In this document: positions 39,798-52,683 of the stretch, in pieces | Position numbering within the stretch: position 1 is the stretch's first letter | Layout of the letters: every line of letters begins with the position of its first letter | Assembly (NCBI GenBank): GCA_946965045.2 | Contig: OX337233.1 | Coordinates: forward strand, 620,001-684,000 | Length of the DNA: 64,000 nt | Source: Epithemia pelagica | Lineage: Eukaryota; Protista; Bacillariophyta | Reading direction: 5' to 3' | Notes under the pieces: generated by a model | Seen by the model: the letters and a program-made list of their open reading frames with translations, nothing else | What the model was told of the DNA's origin: nothing | Databases searched by the model: none | Made by a program: the position numbers and the translations under genes

Positions 39798-42058
39798 ATG
39801 CAACAGGAGGACCAGGACAGTGCGGAGGATGAGGACATGGAATGGGACGAAACGGAAATGGAAGAGCTCCTGCAAGACTTGGAGAATCTATCCGTGGAAG
39901 AAGAAGACGAACAAGAAGAAGAAGAAGAAGACGAAGACGAAGAGGAACACGACGAACCTCTCCCCTGGACTCATTCCACCACGCTCTGGCATCATGATAA
40001 TTTTGCAGCAGCCGCATCGCCGCCTCCCTTTTGGAATCCCACCTATTCGAATGGACGACGCATTGCCGTGCGCGTCGTGTCGCCGCACCAGGCTCCCACC
40101 GATCCTCCCGAAACCATTCCTCGCGTCTTGGTGCAATGGCCCTTGGAACTCTGTCAACGCGCCTATGCTCCCATTCATGCCGTCCAACCCAAATCCACCT
40201 TGTTTGGACAAGTGCAACTCTATTCCGTCTTGAAGAAAAAGAAACAAAACACACCACCAGGCAACGACAAGAACGACAATCACTTGTTTGAACTCACGGA
40301 CCAGCTCGTTGCCATTAAAGTTCATTTGTGGAGTCTCATTCAACGTCATTGTGGTCAACAACAACAACAACAGGAATCACCACGCATGACGGAACATCCC
40401 TTGCACGAATTGGCCGCGCTCCAACTGGTCCATGCCTACCAACAACAACAACAACAACGACGAGAACAAAGACAACGACGACGAGAACAAGGCCAAAACC
40501 ATCCTCACCAACCACAACCACATCAGCAACAACAACATCATGTCTTGGCCTGTCACGATGCCATTTTTGATCAAGACTCGGAAACGCTCAATGTCATTCT
40601 GCCCTATTGTACACAGGGAGACATGCTGGATTTGATTCGACAACGCTATCTTGAGCTGCAATTGCAATGGCAACACCCAAAACCACCACCAACACTACCT
40701 GCACCACAACCCGAACCACGGCCCTTGGGATTTCCCGAAGGTCATGCCCGACATTGGTTTCGACAAGTCATTGCGGGTCTCATGGGTACGTGTGTGTGTG
40801 TTCTCTCGTATGTGTGTCTTGTCGTGTATTTGTCGTGTATTTGTTGGTCGCTGTCACTGGCCTTGTGGCCGATTCGCTCTCACAGTATGATGCCTTTGTT
40901 TCTGCCATATGACATGTCCTATTACGGCTCGTTTGGATTTGCCGGTCTTGTTGTTTTGGGTGTTAAAAAAACAGAATTGCGCAATTTGGGATTGTGTCAT
41001 CGTGATTTGTCACCCGAAAATGTAGGTACCAACCATTCGAATTTGCAAAACAAGAGGCGTCCTGACTTGTTCTCACTCTTACCCACACGGCGCTCCTGGT
41101 TTTCGTTCATGCTCTCTTTGGGTTGTGTGTGTTTGTCATGGTGGTGGTTCCTGATCATCATTAGGTCATGATGAATGACAATCATGCATTGGTGATTGAT
41201 TTGGGACTCTGTTCCCGAGTCCCCTACCAGGAAGAAATGGAAGCAGCAGCACGACAATCACAAGCACAACCAATCTGGATGGAGGAAGATGATTCTGAAG
41301 ACGACGACGATGACAGTAGTCGAAGTTCCAACGACGAGAACGACACCTTTGTTCCATCCTTTGTCACGACACCCGATCCCGCCCTTTTGCGACAATTGCA
41401 ACATTCGACCCATCGACCCTATTGGCACCGTCGCTTGACCCTACCGAATGGTGTTTGTGGCAAACTACCGTACATGGCACCGGAAATTTATCAACAAAGC
41501 ATTCGTCCCGTCCCCTGGGATGGCGAAGCCGGCGATGTCTGGTCGGCCGGTGTCCTCTTGTTTTGTCTCTTGACGGGACAGAGATCCTACCATGTTCCCT
41601 TGCCCCTGGATCCCATGTTTCGAGCCATGACGCAACAGTTACCACGGTTGATGCGACACGACATGGGCCTCGTCCATGTTTCGGACGAGGTGGTGCACTT
41701 GCTGCAACACATGTTACAAGTCAATCCCTCGCAACGATTCACCTTGCAACAAGTATGGACGCATGACTGGATGACGACCGCCACAGCGACAGCAGCAGCA
41801 CAACCACACCACCAGCAGCTGCAGCAGGATGATCTGGCATTACGAGACGAACATCAATTGCAACAAGACTTGGCCGCGGCAGGTCCGGTTTCAGAGGGGA
41901 TACCAGTGTTGCAGTCGGGACCGGAACATGGACGCATTATTCTCGTGGAACCCATTATTCTCGTGGAACCAGCACCACCACCCGTTGCAGCAGCCGCTGC
42001 GGCGGCTGCAGCCGCCAATAATGAAGAAGATGATGAAGAAGAAGAAGATTATCGATGA
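39798..42058 (+). CDS. Ser/Thr protein kinase (CAMK-like); introns 40786-40974 and 41022-41164
   Basis: VAIK, alphaC E, HRDLSPEN, IDLG, GKLPYMAPE, DVWSAG and RFTLQQV; splicing restores frame (GLM-ELRNLG; SPEN-VMMNDN). Confidence 0.88.
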
Positions 42059-43543
42059 CACCACACAGATTGCGTCAGATTGCCGGCATTTGGCCTTTTT
42101 CTCATGTTGGACTCACCTTCCCTCTTGGATTGGATGCGTGTGTTCTTGTCCCGCCGTCCCAGCTAGGGAATAAAAGTGTTGGAATGAACAAGACGCCATG
42201 TTTCCATTGCCTCCCTCGGCGAATCTACGCAAGCGACTTGCTTGGAGGATCATGAATCAGTGAATAGGTAGGAGGGGTAGACTATTTGCTGGAAAACCTC
42301 AGTCGACTACCCCCCAATATCAGATGTCCAATGTCCACGGAAGCTATTCTTAGTAGTTCTTTGCTGGTCATAGAGAAAAGTACAGATTAGTAAGTACTAA
42401 GTGGTAGTTGCTGTCACCATGAGATTTATTGTTCACCGTATTTATGGTAGGGACATTTTCTCGATGAAACTGGCACTTTGCACTTTGCAAGTTTCCGTTC
42501 GGAGCTCTTCCGACCAATACAATGCGATTGATCTTTGATCTTTGGTTGGAAGTTGGAACTTTGGAACTTTGGCAGTCTCCCCGACTCCCTAGCTAGTCTA
42601 CGATTAGAGCTGGTGGGAACAACGCTATGGTAACTCGTGGTGCTACTCGGTTTTTAGTATGGTCCATCAAATCTCCAGCGATGATATCCTTTTGTATCTT
42701 TAAGATTCATATGTGTGTGATTCCTTCATTTACTTCTTTATTGCTAGAGAGTATATATGAATCCCGAGACGAATCCCGAGAGTTATCGATAATTCTCATG
42801 GATGAGTCACCCTTCCCTGGACAGTTGCCACTGTTGTTCAAGTTGGTAGGGCTCGTTGCTCAAAGTATCAAACGGAATTGTAGAGTTCGGTACCAAGGCC
42901 ACATCTTCATCCTCCGCCCAAGGAATTTTTGGCGGCTGTTGAAATTTTTGGGGCAACGTGGTCTCGTCGGTTGAGCCATCCCAAACGACTCGGTCCTGGA
43001 AATTGGAAATATCTTGTCGGGAAGAGGGTGTTCAACAAAAGGTATGTACTCGTAGAGGTCGGTATGGAAGAGCAATGCCGCAAGTTTCAAAATTTTTGTC
43101 CATCGGGTATCGGGTGCCACTGGATAGAATCCTTTTTTTGAAACACCATGTGCATCGTTTGAACACTCTTTTACCTCCCTGACGAAATAGGACCATGTCG
43201 CCCGTTCGTTTGTACCTACATGATATACAAATTATCAATCTTTGTTTCATTGGAGTAGTCTAGTTGGAATTACTAAAAGTATAGGTCCTTTCTCGCGTGA
43301 TATAATATATCGTAGATAGCTTTCAAACAGAACCAAAGAGTGTGAGAATAGGACAGGTTTTAAAAAAGAATGAATCAATCAAGAACTGGAACCCACAAGG
43401 CATGCATTGCGTTGTGGTTTCTGGATATTTCTTGTTGGTTTTGGTGGAGTAGTAATAGCAGGTGTGTGTGGACTGGGTGGAAAAACCACACAAGAAGTAA
43501 TCGTATAGTGTAGCGGTTGAAACAACAACAACAACAAGGCCTG

Positions 43544-44068
43544 TTACTGGCGCTTGTCACGGCTGCCGGTCGAAGGATGGCGGCGCGAGTGGTGATGAGA
43601 ATTGCGGCGGCTGGGGACAAAGGGACCCGACACTCGTTCTTGGAGAGCAGCGGTTGCCAAAGAGGGGCTTCGAGAAGATCTTGATCGAGATGGTTGTTCT
43701 TCTGAAGGCCTTGCTGTCACACTGTCTTGTTCTTCTTCGTCTTGTTCTTCCAGGGTGTCATCCCAGGAAGACACTCGGAGGGCTTCTTCCAAAATGGACA
43801 AGAGACCGGTTCGAGTGAGTGGAGCAGAAGGATGACCAGCAGGCAATCCATTGTGGCTGCTACCTTGCGTCCAGAACAAGGAGGAAGGAGACAACAACGC
43901 ATTGTTCTGGTTCGTGGATTCCAGAGGTGAGGAGGGGGGATACTGCTGCAACAGACTGTTCAAGTTCATGCGATCCAACTGCCTCTGTTGCTCTTGTTGT
44001 TGATGCTGATCATGACGAAACAAGAGAGCATCACTGGATCCAACGGCGGCAACCTTGGGGACTGTCAT
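43544..44068 (-). CDS. Small hypothetical protein, disordered, with an LLSILEEAL helix
   Basis: 174-codon ORF, Q/S/E-rich composition; no domain recognised. Confidence 0.5.
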   Translation of the reverse strand: MTVPKVAAVGSSDALLFRHDQHQQQEQQRQLDRMNLNSLLQQYPPSSPLESTNQNNALLSPSSLFWTQGSSHNGLPAGHPSAPLTRTGLLSILEEALRVSSWDDTLEEQDEEEQDSVTARPSEEQPSRSRSSRSPSLATAALQERVSGPFVPSRRNSHHHSRRHPSTGSRDKRQ

Positions 44069-45464
44069 TGTTGTCTTGTTGTCGTAATCTTTCTCGTAGT
44101 GGGATTGTGAGACAAGATGCCGTATCTTACCGGCTCAGCTCAAAAACTGTTTCCTTGCCCTCACACCAGTTGCTGGTTGGCCGGCTCAAAAAGTATGACT
44201 ATAGAAAAGAATCAGGATGCCTGCAGCCCGGGATGCTCGTGATGTCCCAAGGCATTCTTCCAAAAATCCTTGGAGAAGAAACGAATGGTTTCGGAGCATG
44301 TACAGTATTAGATACGAGTATTGACACTCTCTGGTCCTGTACACGCCCAGATGTCGCGTCGGGCCTACCAGCCGTTGATCGTGAGCGAAGACACCGAACG
44401 AGACGGTGACCAGTGACCAGTGACCAGTGACATTTTTCGACGACGGCCTCTCGTCGTGTCGCACCGACAGCTGCAACCGGTTGGGGTGATTGGCAAACCC
44501 GGACCCTGTGAAGTTTCTCAGAAACTGCACTCGAGATTCAACGTTGGGACTTAAGAATCTCCCACAATGAGTAGCAGCGCTCAGCTCAGCGCAAAAGGCA
44601 ATAGGCAATAGGACAAAGGACTTGCCGCCGGGTGATAGAAACAAGGAGTATCCTGACAAAACATTCGTTTCCGTCTGACTGCATGACTGCCGAGATTCAC
44701 AGTACTCCAAGACCATGATTTGAACACCCAAAAACATCATGACTGTCCCAGAAAACATGACGATTGACGATGGCTCAATCAGTTGCAATGACTATCGTAG
44801 ATGGTAGGCCAGATCTGGCCTGAGATATACGGCACACGCCAAAAGCCAAAGTCTCGTTGCCCTACTTGTAGGTCCAGACAAAATGTCGAGTGTGGTGACT
44901 GCGCCATCTGCCCATCTCTCTTGATTGGGTGTTTACAACAAATCCGAATTTCGTTGACATGCCTCCGTCAATTGGATCTTCATCTTCGTCTCTACGGGTA
45001 GACAGTCATGGTGGTCAAGTCTCGTGAAAGCTTGTGTCCAAGCGGATTCCAATCTCTACCCGCCAATCATTATTGTAGGGAAAGATTCTCTGAACCCCAT
45101 TCCCCAACTTGTGTGGCCAGTTGCATCGCCATTCCTCGCAGCTAACCTTAGAGAGGAGTACCAGCTCCCCCTGGATTACCTCTCTAGAGAGTCTCAAGAC
45201 ACATTAGCCGAGCAGCTACCTACCTAGCTAAATTGAGACAGGAAGGCTTCTCTACTTTCTACCCAAGGTTGCTCCTACTACTCCTAGATGGTTTCATCCA
45301 AGGTGATTCGAGTTACGCCTACTACTTCCTTTCTAGTTGTCGAACATGTATCCTGAGAAAACGCATTACCTATAGTATAGTTTCAAGACTGTTGCCGGCT
45401 CTACTATGCATGTTCCTTGTCGTCTCGGAAACACATCCTCTCGCTAGTTCCCATTCACGACTTG

Positions 45465-48197
45465 TTAGTGGTGTTTGGTTTGAAAAAAGTCGGTATGAGC
45501 CACAATGCCAAAGGACAACACATCAGCATCGGCATCCACACGATTGTAGTAGAACGAGTCGTCCTTGTGGTCGGGAGAGACTGGACGTGGGGTTCTCATG
45601 CGGCTCGTAATAGTTGTGGCGTGACATGTGTAGGGAATGTTGTTGTTGTTGTTGCCATGGCCCGAGGAACGGTCCCCGCGACTCGAGGCGTGTGGGTCCA
45701 GGATGCCGTGCGAACCACGAGGACGACAATTGGTTCGAATTGGTGGAATGAGCTCGTCCTCTTCCTCGTCCTCTGGACATTGATAGTTGGTTCGAATCGG
45801 TAGCAGTACAAGTTCGTCGTCGTCCTCCTCCTCGGGTTCGATGCGATGCCAGACGGGTGCCTCCTCCCGGATGGAGTCGTCACAATGGGGTTGAATAATG
45901 GGTGCTACTAGAAGGAGCTCATTGTCATGCTCCGGTCCAGATCCATTCGACGACACGGGTTCCATTGCTGTTGGTTCCGTCACAGTCTCGTATGGCAGGT
46001 TGGTTTTGGTATTGTTGTTGGTGGCGCATTCGACAGGAGTGTCCAAGGATCCCACGGTAGACGCTTTACGGAGAAAGGACGGTGGATGGGTAGGGGAGGA
46101 CTCGCGACTGTTGTGGTGCGACGATTCAAAGGCCGATCGACGAAATAGACCGCGCCAAAACCCAACCGATTGTTGTTGACTGGGTTCACTGTTGGGTGGC
46201 GATACACCGGATTGTTGTTGTTGTAGTGGCGGCGAGTCGTTGGGAGGATTGGAGGAGGATGCGAGAGGGGATTGGGGGGAGGGAGGTACCATGACCTCGA
46301 GGTAATCAATGGCTTGGTTGTGCGATGCATCCACACTCGTGTTCTTGTTGGTCGGGGAGGAGGGCAGGGAGGGTTGTGCCACATCCATGCGCTTGGTAGG
46401 ACATGGACTGTGGGTGGTTCGGGTTGGATTCGCCTCGTGGTCCAGGACAGTATAATGCCGTTGACGCATGACCATTAACCGTTCCAAGTGTTGCTTGAAT
46501 CCTACTCCTTCGGGTGGACTTGTCGTCGTAGTATCTGGAGACATGGTCCATGTACTACAATCGACAGTGTGGTCCATCCGGTTCATTGTCATCATCCACA
46601 AGGTCGAGGAGGAACTAGTACTCGATGTGTCCGAGTTGTCCTCTGGTTCTTGTTGCTGTGGTTGTTCTTGTTGTGGAGGGTGATGCGGAGCAGGGTCCAA
46701 TGCGCGGTCCGTCCCAAACAAGGGCAGGCCAAAGTCGCCGTCGGAACTGGCGGGTTCCTCCTCGTCCGACGAAACAATGCCATCGAGTTGCAACAGAGAC
46801 GAGGCCAAATATCCCGCATCGCGACGGATTCCCGCCGTTTGCAAGAGACTGGGTCCACTCATACCAGTCGTCGCCGCTGTCGTTCCCCCAAGTGGTTCCT
46901 CATTCTTACTCGAATACAAGGGAAAGGAGGAGGAACCGTCGTCGTGACGACGTGGAAAATCCAAATAGGGCACTTCGATGGCGGGAGTCATGTGGTTCTC
47001 CATGTTGTTGTTGTTGTCGTCGTCATCATCATTGTTACATGATTCCTTATCCTTGCTATTGTCACGCGGTACCATATCGGGTTCATCCTCCTCCTCGTTG
47101 TGTTGGTGGATGGGAAGCACGGTTTCGTATTGTTCTCCCTCCTCCACGGTATACAGCTGAATGGAAGGTTCATGTTGTTTGGTTGTGGATTCACCACAAG
47201 TCGTGTGCAACAAGCGTTCCACCACGTGACATTTTTCTTGTTCCAAGGCCAAGGCGAGTTGCAATTCTCGTTTGGTGTGTTGCAACCAGTTCCATTGGTC
47301 GGCACGTTCTTGGAGAAAGTGTTGCATGCCAGTAGAGGAGGACGACGCGGCATGGTCCGCCGTCACCCGGTCCATGGGTGTCCTTTGTGCGGCGGTCGCC
47401 GAGACTAGTCGTAGTAGCGACTCGCAAGACTGGGGAGGAGCAACGTGTTGGAACAGTGGTGTCCCCGGAGGACTTGTCGCATGGGCCAGGGCCATGGTGT
47501 GGATGGTGGCCACGGACGGGGAAATGTAACCGTGTGCGCATGATTCCGAACCAGCTGCTGCTGCAGCAGTATCCGCAAAGGAACCGGTCGATACTGGACT
47601 CGGTGGTGTGGCGACCAACAGCCGGGACGACGAAGAGGACCAGTGACTCGTATTGTGGTGATCATTGTCGTTGGTGTGGTGGACCGTTGTTTCGGGAGAG
47701 GTGGTGAGAAGGGACATGGGTGATTCCGAGGTACACGATGACGACGAGGTGGATCTTGTCGAGGCAGACATGGATTGGGGAGGTGGAGGAGGCGGAGAGT
47801 GGGGCGGTGGTGGTAAACTCAATCGAAACAAGTCTTGTTCCGTGACAGGACCAGCTGGTGGTGGTGGCTGCTCTTCGTCGTCGTGCATGAGATTGAGCTG
47901 GGAATCCACGAGTCGAGAGGCGTGGTGTTGGCACTCGTCTTGTACCGCTTTGCGGATTAAACAAGAGGAGACGGTCACGGATTCCTCATCGTCATCATCC
48001 TCGTTCGTCGTTTGTTTTAATATTGTTGACAGAGACACCTGCCCCGGCTTCTTCTCGGATTTTTCCGGCACCACCTCATAGCCTTCATGGTCTTCGGTGG
48101 GTACTTTGTTGGGAGTCGTCACCTCCTTTGTCGTTGTCGTCGTCTTGGAGGACGACGAGGACGACGAAAACCAAGCCGCAAACACCATTCTGCTCAC
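45465..48197 (-). CDS. Large low-complexity S/T/P/E-rich hypothetical protein with a short coiled coil
   Basis: 910-aa uninterrupted ORF; helical segment QHFLQERADQWNWLQHTKRELQLALALEQEK. Confidence 0.7.
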   Translation of the reverse strand: MSRMVFAAWFSSSSSSSKTTTTTKEVTTPNKVPTEDHEGYEVVPEKSEKKPGQVSLSTILKQTTNEDDDDEESVTVSSCLIRKAVQDECQHHASRLVDSQLNLMHDDEEQPPPPAGPVTEQDLFRLSLPPPPHSPPPPPPQSMSASTRSTSSSSCTSESPMSLLTTSPETTVHHTNDNDHHNTSHWSSSSSRLLVATPPSPVSTGSFADTAAAAAGSESCAHGYISPSVATIHTMALAHATSPPGTPLFQHVAPPQSCESLLRLVSATAAQRTPMDRVTADHAASSSSTGMQHFLQERADQWNWLQHTKRELQLALALEQEKCHVVERLLHTTCGESTTKQHEPSIQLYTVEEGEQYETVLPIHQHNEEEDEPDMVPRDNSKDKESCNNDDDDDNNNNMENHMTPAIEVPYLDFPRRHDDGSSSFPLYSSKNEEPLGGTTAATTGMSGPSLLQTAGIRRDAGYLASSLLQLDGIVSSDEEEPASSDGDFGLPLFGTDRALDPAPHHPPQQEQPQQQEPEDNSDTSSTSSSSTLWMMTMNRMDHTVDCSTWTMSPDTTTTSPPEGVGFKQHLERLMVMRQRHYTVLDHEANPTRTTHSPCPTKRMDVAQPSLPSSPTNKNTSVDASHNQAIDYLEVMVPPSPQSPLASSSNPPNDSPPLQQQQSGVSPPNSEPSQQQSVGFWRGLFRRSAFESSHHNSRESSPTHPPSFLRKASTVGSLDTPVECATNNNTKTNLPYETVTEPTAMEPVSSNGSGPEHDNELLLVAPIIQPHCDDSIREEAPVWHRIEPEEEDDDELVLLPIRTNYQCPEDEEEDELIPPIRTNCRPRGSHGILDPHASSRGDRSSGHGNNNNNIPYTCHATTITSRMRTPRPVSPDHKDDSFYYNRVDADADVLSFGIVAHTDFFQTKHH

Positions 48198-49917
48198 TCA
48201 CACACACCAGAGTTTTGGGACGTGCCGTCTTGTTGTTCACGGGGAAAGTGTCCACCCACTGTGTGAATTGGATTCGTGTTGTAACTATCTATACCGTTTC
48301 TCTCTTTTTTGGATCTCGTTATGCCAAGAAAAAGAACGACACGACGAATGCGCCGATTCGAAATTCACGTCATGCCATTTTTGTTTTAAAATTGGTTTGG
48401 ACCTGCCGAGTTTGTGTGGCGAATTCCTTTTCTTCGGAGATCCCCCGGCGCGAAAAAGGTGCATGTTGCTATGCGCGCGCGACATGACTTTGGGTAATTC
48501 CTGTGAAATTCTTCCCGGGAATTTTCTTTCCCATAAGTACATGTCACGCGATCCAGTCAGGCAAAACTAGTCTCATAATATTATGATTTGGACTCTCCGC
48601 CCATTACTCTCTATCTTACCTCGGTCCTATGGGAGGAACCCCGGCCAGAGTCTCACCCAGGATGATAACAATGATTACCTAGGTAGGATGCCAACGAACC
48701 AAGTATACCGTGGTTGTACAAAACGGCCATTCTCCCTTCGTTCCCTTGGAAACGAACTAGGTACACCGTGAGATAGACTCCTCTCTGGTATAGTCGATAC
48801 ACTCCAATCTGTACTCGGAAGGAGGAGGAGGCGGCGGCATTTGTCCAAACTGGAATTCCAGTGCGAGATTACCCCTACATCCACGAGAGAGATCGAGAGA
48901 GAGAGAGAGAGAGAGTAGGTTTGGATGTTTCATGAGATGGTTCTTTTTGTGGACTGCTTCATTCCTGGTGACCACCAAGTATTCCGGATGATCGGCCAAG
49001 ACATGTTAGGTTTGAGAGCAAGGTTGTTGCACATGAGCAAATATCGCCAGGTTGGACGAGGACACTGTTGGCGACATTGCACAAACGTTGTGGTTTCCAC
49101 AAGTCGTCCTCACAACACTTGTGGGTGGTACCATTCCAGAACTCGCAGAGTATACAATTGAGGAGCCATCAGAAAAGCATTGAATCGAATCACTCGGGTG
49201 TCACAAAGTGGTACATATATACAATGGCAAGGAAGTGACGAGATGCTTCCTCCAAAATCCATCCTTCCGGATGATATAGTGAGGTTTTCGATCGTCTTGA
49301 CAAGTCTTTTGGATAGTAAAGGACAACAGACGTTTCTTCCCTTTGGAGTCTCTGTATCACTCGCAATCTGCATGCTTTTCAATGGGATATCCTACTAATC
49401 ATAATTTCATTACAGTCCTACGGTTCGTTTGTGATTGGTGGTGCATACTCAACAACACTCTCCCCCAGTCTGCCAAGTAGTAGAACCGGGGGGAAATGGT
49501 GTGGGGGTACAGGCCACAAGGCACGTGTGGGTACAGTTCCGTCGTCCCTGTGGACAGAACGCCAAAGGAACAAATGGACCCACACATGCCGTGCTTTCAA
49601 ATAGAGAACTCTCTTCTTCTGGTTTCATTTCATGTTTCTGGTTTCATTTCTGTTTCTGGTCTTTCTCATGTTCATTTTTTCTTTTGGTTCTTTCTCAATG
49701 GTGGATGGTATCTTCTTCTCGTTGTGTGGTGCAAATGGTTCATTGTCTTGTGTTTCTCTTTCTGGTAGTATTCGTTTGTTATCGTTCGTGTTTCTTCTTC
49801 TTCTTCTTCTACTCAAATATCATCATCATCCAACTTGTGTGTTTCTAGTCTTGGAAAGACGAGGCCCCCCTGTTTTGTTGTTGTTGTTTTGTGTGTTTCT
49901 GGATTCTCGCGCGCGAC

Positions 49918-51715
49918 TCATTGTCCTCCTGCAGCACCCTCGGTGTTGCTATTGGATCGTCGGCCTCCACCGCCTCGGCCCCCTCCGCCCCGACGGAATC
50001 GATGATTGTGACTATTGGGGGGACGGGTCAAGACGACACGACGCATTTGAAAGCCATTGGCTTCAAAGGCTTCGCGGGGATCCGGTTTGTCGGCACCCCA
50101 CAAGGTGGCAGCCGTTTCGTTGGGTTGGACCGGACCGACATTTTCTATACCAAAAACACGTCAAGAGACAAACACCGTGAGAGAGTGAGGAGAGAATTCG
50201 GGTTCTCCCTTGTCCGTGACACACATAAAGACGACTACTACTTCTACTAGAACACGTACCATCCAAGAGGGAAAAGGAGGGAAGCAATTGGGTGGCATCG
50301 TAGGGTTTCCAGGCCACGGCATCCCCATCGGCACTGCATTTCAAGGCGCGGAGCCAGGTAAAGGTAACGAGGGCACCCGAGGGATCGCACACGTACGTGC
50401 CTTCACCGACAATGGCCGTTTGCAAACAAATGCCGGCATAGCCACCCTGTCCCAATTTGATGCGGGCATGGGGCGCCAAGGCCACATCAATCGTGGTACG
50501 ATTGCCCAAGACAATGCCCTTGTTGGAAATTTGCGTCCGCAAGTCTTCACTAAAGTGCGAATGAAAGGGCGGTTCTCGCGGTGTACTACTGTTGTTGTTA
50601 CTTGTGGCTCCTCCTTCGCCGGCGGTACCTTCACCTTCGGCACTACTATTGGTTCGTCGATTGCCTCCATTGGTGCGTCGATTGTTGTTGCCGCCGCCGG
50701 GTCCACCGCGCGACGAACGACCCCGTCCTCGTCCCCCATTCTTGGCATCTGTTGGGGCACTGCCTCCTTCGGGTTCGGCGGCCGCCGCAGCCGCATCGTC
50801 AGCGGCATCACCCTCGCCCGACGTTGGTCGATTGCGTCGAGGTTGACGAGGCGGCGGCACAATGGGACTTCCATCCCGATTGGTCACATTGACCGCCTTG
50901 AGACGACCGGAATCGGCTTCTTTTTCCACATCAAATTTCACTTCGGAATCGTCCTGGAAACAATGAGCGAACGAACCAAACAAACAACACAGAGGTGAGT
51001 ACTTCTAGCCTGGAGAAAGCACAGTGTTGCTGTTGCTGTTTCATGGGGCATCACAGAACGACACAATCCACGAACGACGCCACACAATTTACAATCGAGC
51101 CATGGTCAACACGAAACCAAGCAGGCCGTTGCATCGAGCACAATTTAACGGTACTGCTTCCAGAAACCAAAGAAATTGTAGTTTCTTGGTCGCTTCCAAC
51201 TTGATAGGCAGATATATTTCTTCCTTATTCCATTACGAAGATTTCTTTTTTTCTCCTTTCCCCATTGCTTCATTCATCCACACACAAGAGCAATTTGGCA
51301 GGTCTTGATTTGTCGCTTGTCGTCGAAACGATTTGGAAGGTATAAACACCATGTTCCTTGGTATCTTTCCTTGATTCGTTCTTGACAAATTATACAGTCT
51401 CTTGCCTTGGCCGACGAAATGCGTTCCGGAATGGTTCTCACGCTCCCAGGGCCCACCGCAACACACTCACAGACATTTACTTCTCTCATGCGCGCGAGAC
51501 AAACACACACACGCATGACGACACGTGTTATGACTCACCGCCAAGGTTCGAAATTGTCCATTGGTGACAATGCCCGTTTGATGGACAAAAATTTCTTCCG
51601 TCAAGGTCGAATTCATGGGTGTCAAGAATCCAAAGCCTTTGCGATTGGAAAACCACTTGACCGTCCCTTCCACACTGGTCATGTGAATCGTATTAGTATT
51701 GTTGGAATCGGTCAT
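49918..51715 (-). CDS. Cold-shock-domain RNA-binding protein with RGG tracts; exons 51715-51539, 50953-50260, 50144-49918
   Basis: GTVKWFSNRKGFGFL (RNP1), IFVHQT (RNP2); splicing gives FRTLA-DDSEVKFDV...AVNVT; GT-AG introns with a TACTCAC branch-like site. Confidence 0.9.
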
Positions 51716-52683
51716 GATCGCAAAAAATGACTAAAGATGATTACCAACCAAAAGTCCAAAACAATGTAGATTGAGGAACAAGGGTGCCGGTAGAGACGAG
51801 ACTGGAGCAAACAAGGGCACAAAAGTAAGACAACAGGAACCAGAGAGAGCTTGTGTTGGCAGCAGCAGCAACAACAGCAACCACAAACGACTCACTTCTT
51901 GAAAGAACGCCACCAGAAGGAAAAAAAGATCTTTCGCCGAAGAAAAGAGGTGTGCGGGGAAACAATGCTGCCACCACACCACGCCGTGTTGTGCTGCGTG
52001 GGCGTATGTTCGGGTTTGCTCAATGGTTGGATGAGAGCGTGACAAAAGCAGTCCCGGTTCTGGCCCCGAACCAGGGTTTTGAATTCCGAATTGAGATTTT
52101 TTCTAATTCCCAAAATTGGGAAGAAATTTAAGCGAAATTCCGTTATTTCCGCCTATTTCACCGTCCATGAAATCCCAAATACACAATTTTAGTTCATTTT
52201 GACAGTTACCACAAGGAAATTTCCTATTTTCCCTCCATTTTCCCCACCCCTCCCCTCACAATTCCCAATTCCCAATTTCATTTCAAGTACTGTCTTCGAC
52301 AATTCTGAATTTCCATTCATTTCCTCCCCACGTATTTCCAAATTCCCAATTTCATTCCATTTCGCCATTCCCTGCAATACGTATTCTCTATTTCAATTCA
52401 ATTCACATTTCCCTAGCATAGAATTCTATATTTCCTCGTATGTCTTGTATTGCCGATCCCAACCATACAAAATCTCATAGTGACAAGATACATCGTCTCC
52501 TCGTATATCAGCAACCAACCAGCACCTCCTTGGTCATTGACCCACAGCAAGAAACATCCCTGATCCTTTCATCTTTCCCCTCATGCTAGGACGCACATGT
52601 CTTCATGCTTGTATCCTGGTTATTCGATCCATCAAAACAATCCTCAAAGCCCAGTTTCTCTATCGACTTTGTCTGATTCCACC

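Noticed and set aside
48885-48915. (GA)n microsatellite and frequent poly-Q/T/N codon runs
   Set aside because: Ordinary low-complexity sequence for this kind of genome
50954-51538. Intronic snoRNA or poison exon in the 585-nt CSD intron
   Set aside because: No convincing C/D boxes seen; the alternative CTCCAG acceptor cannot be supported without RNA data
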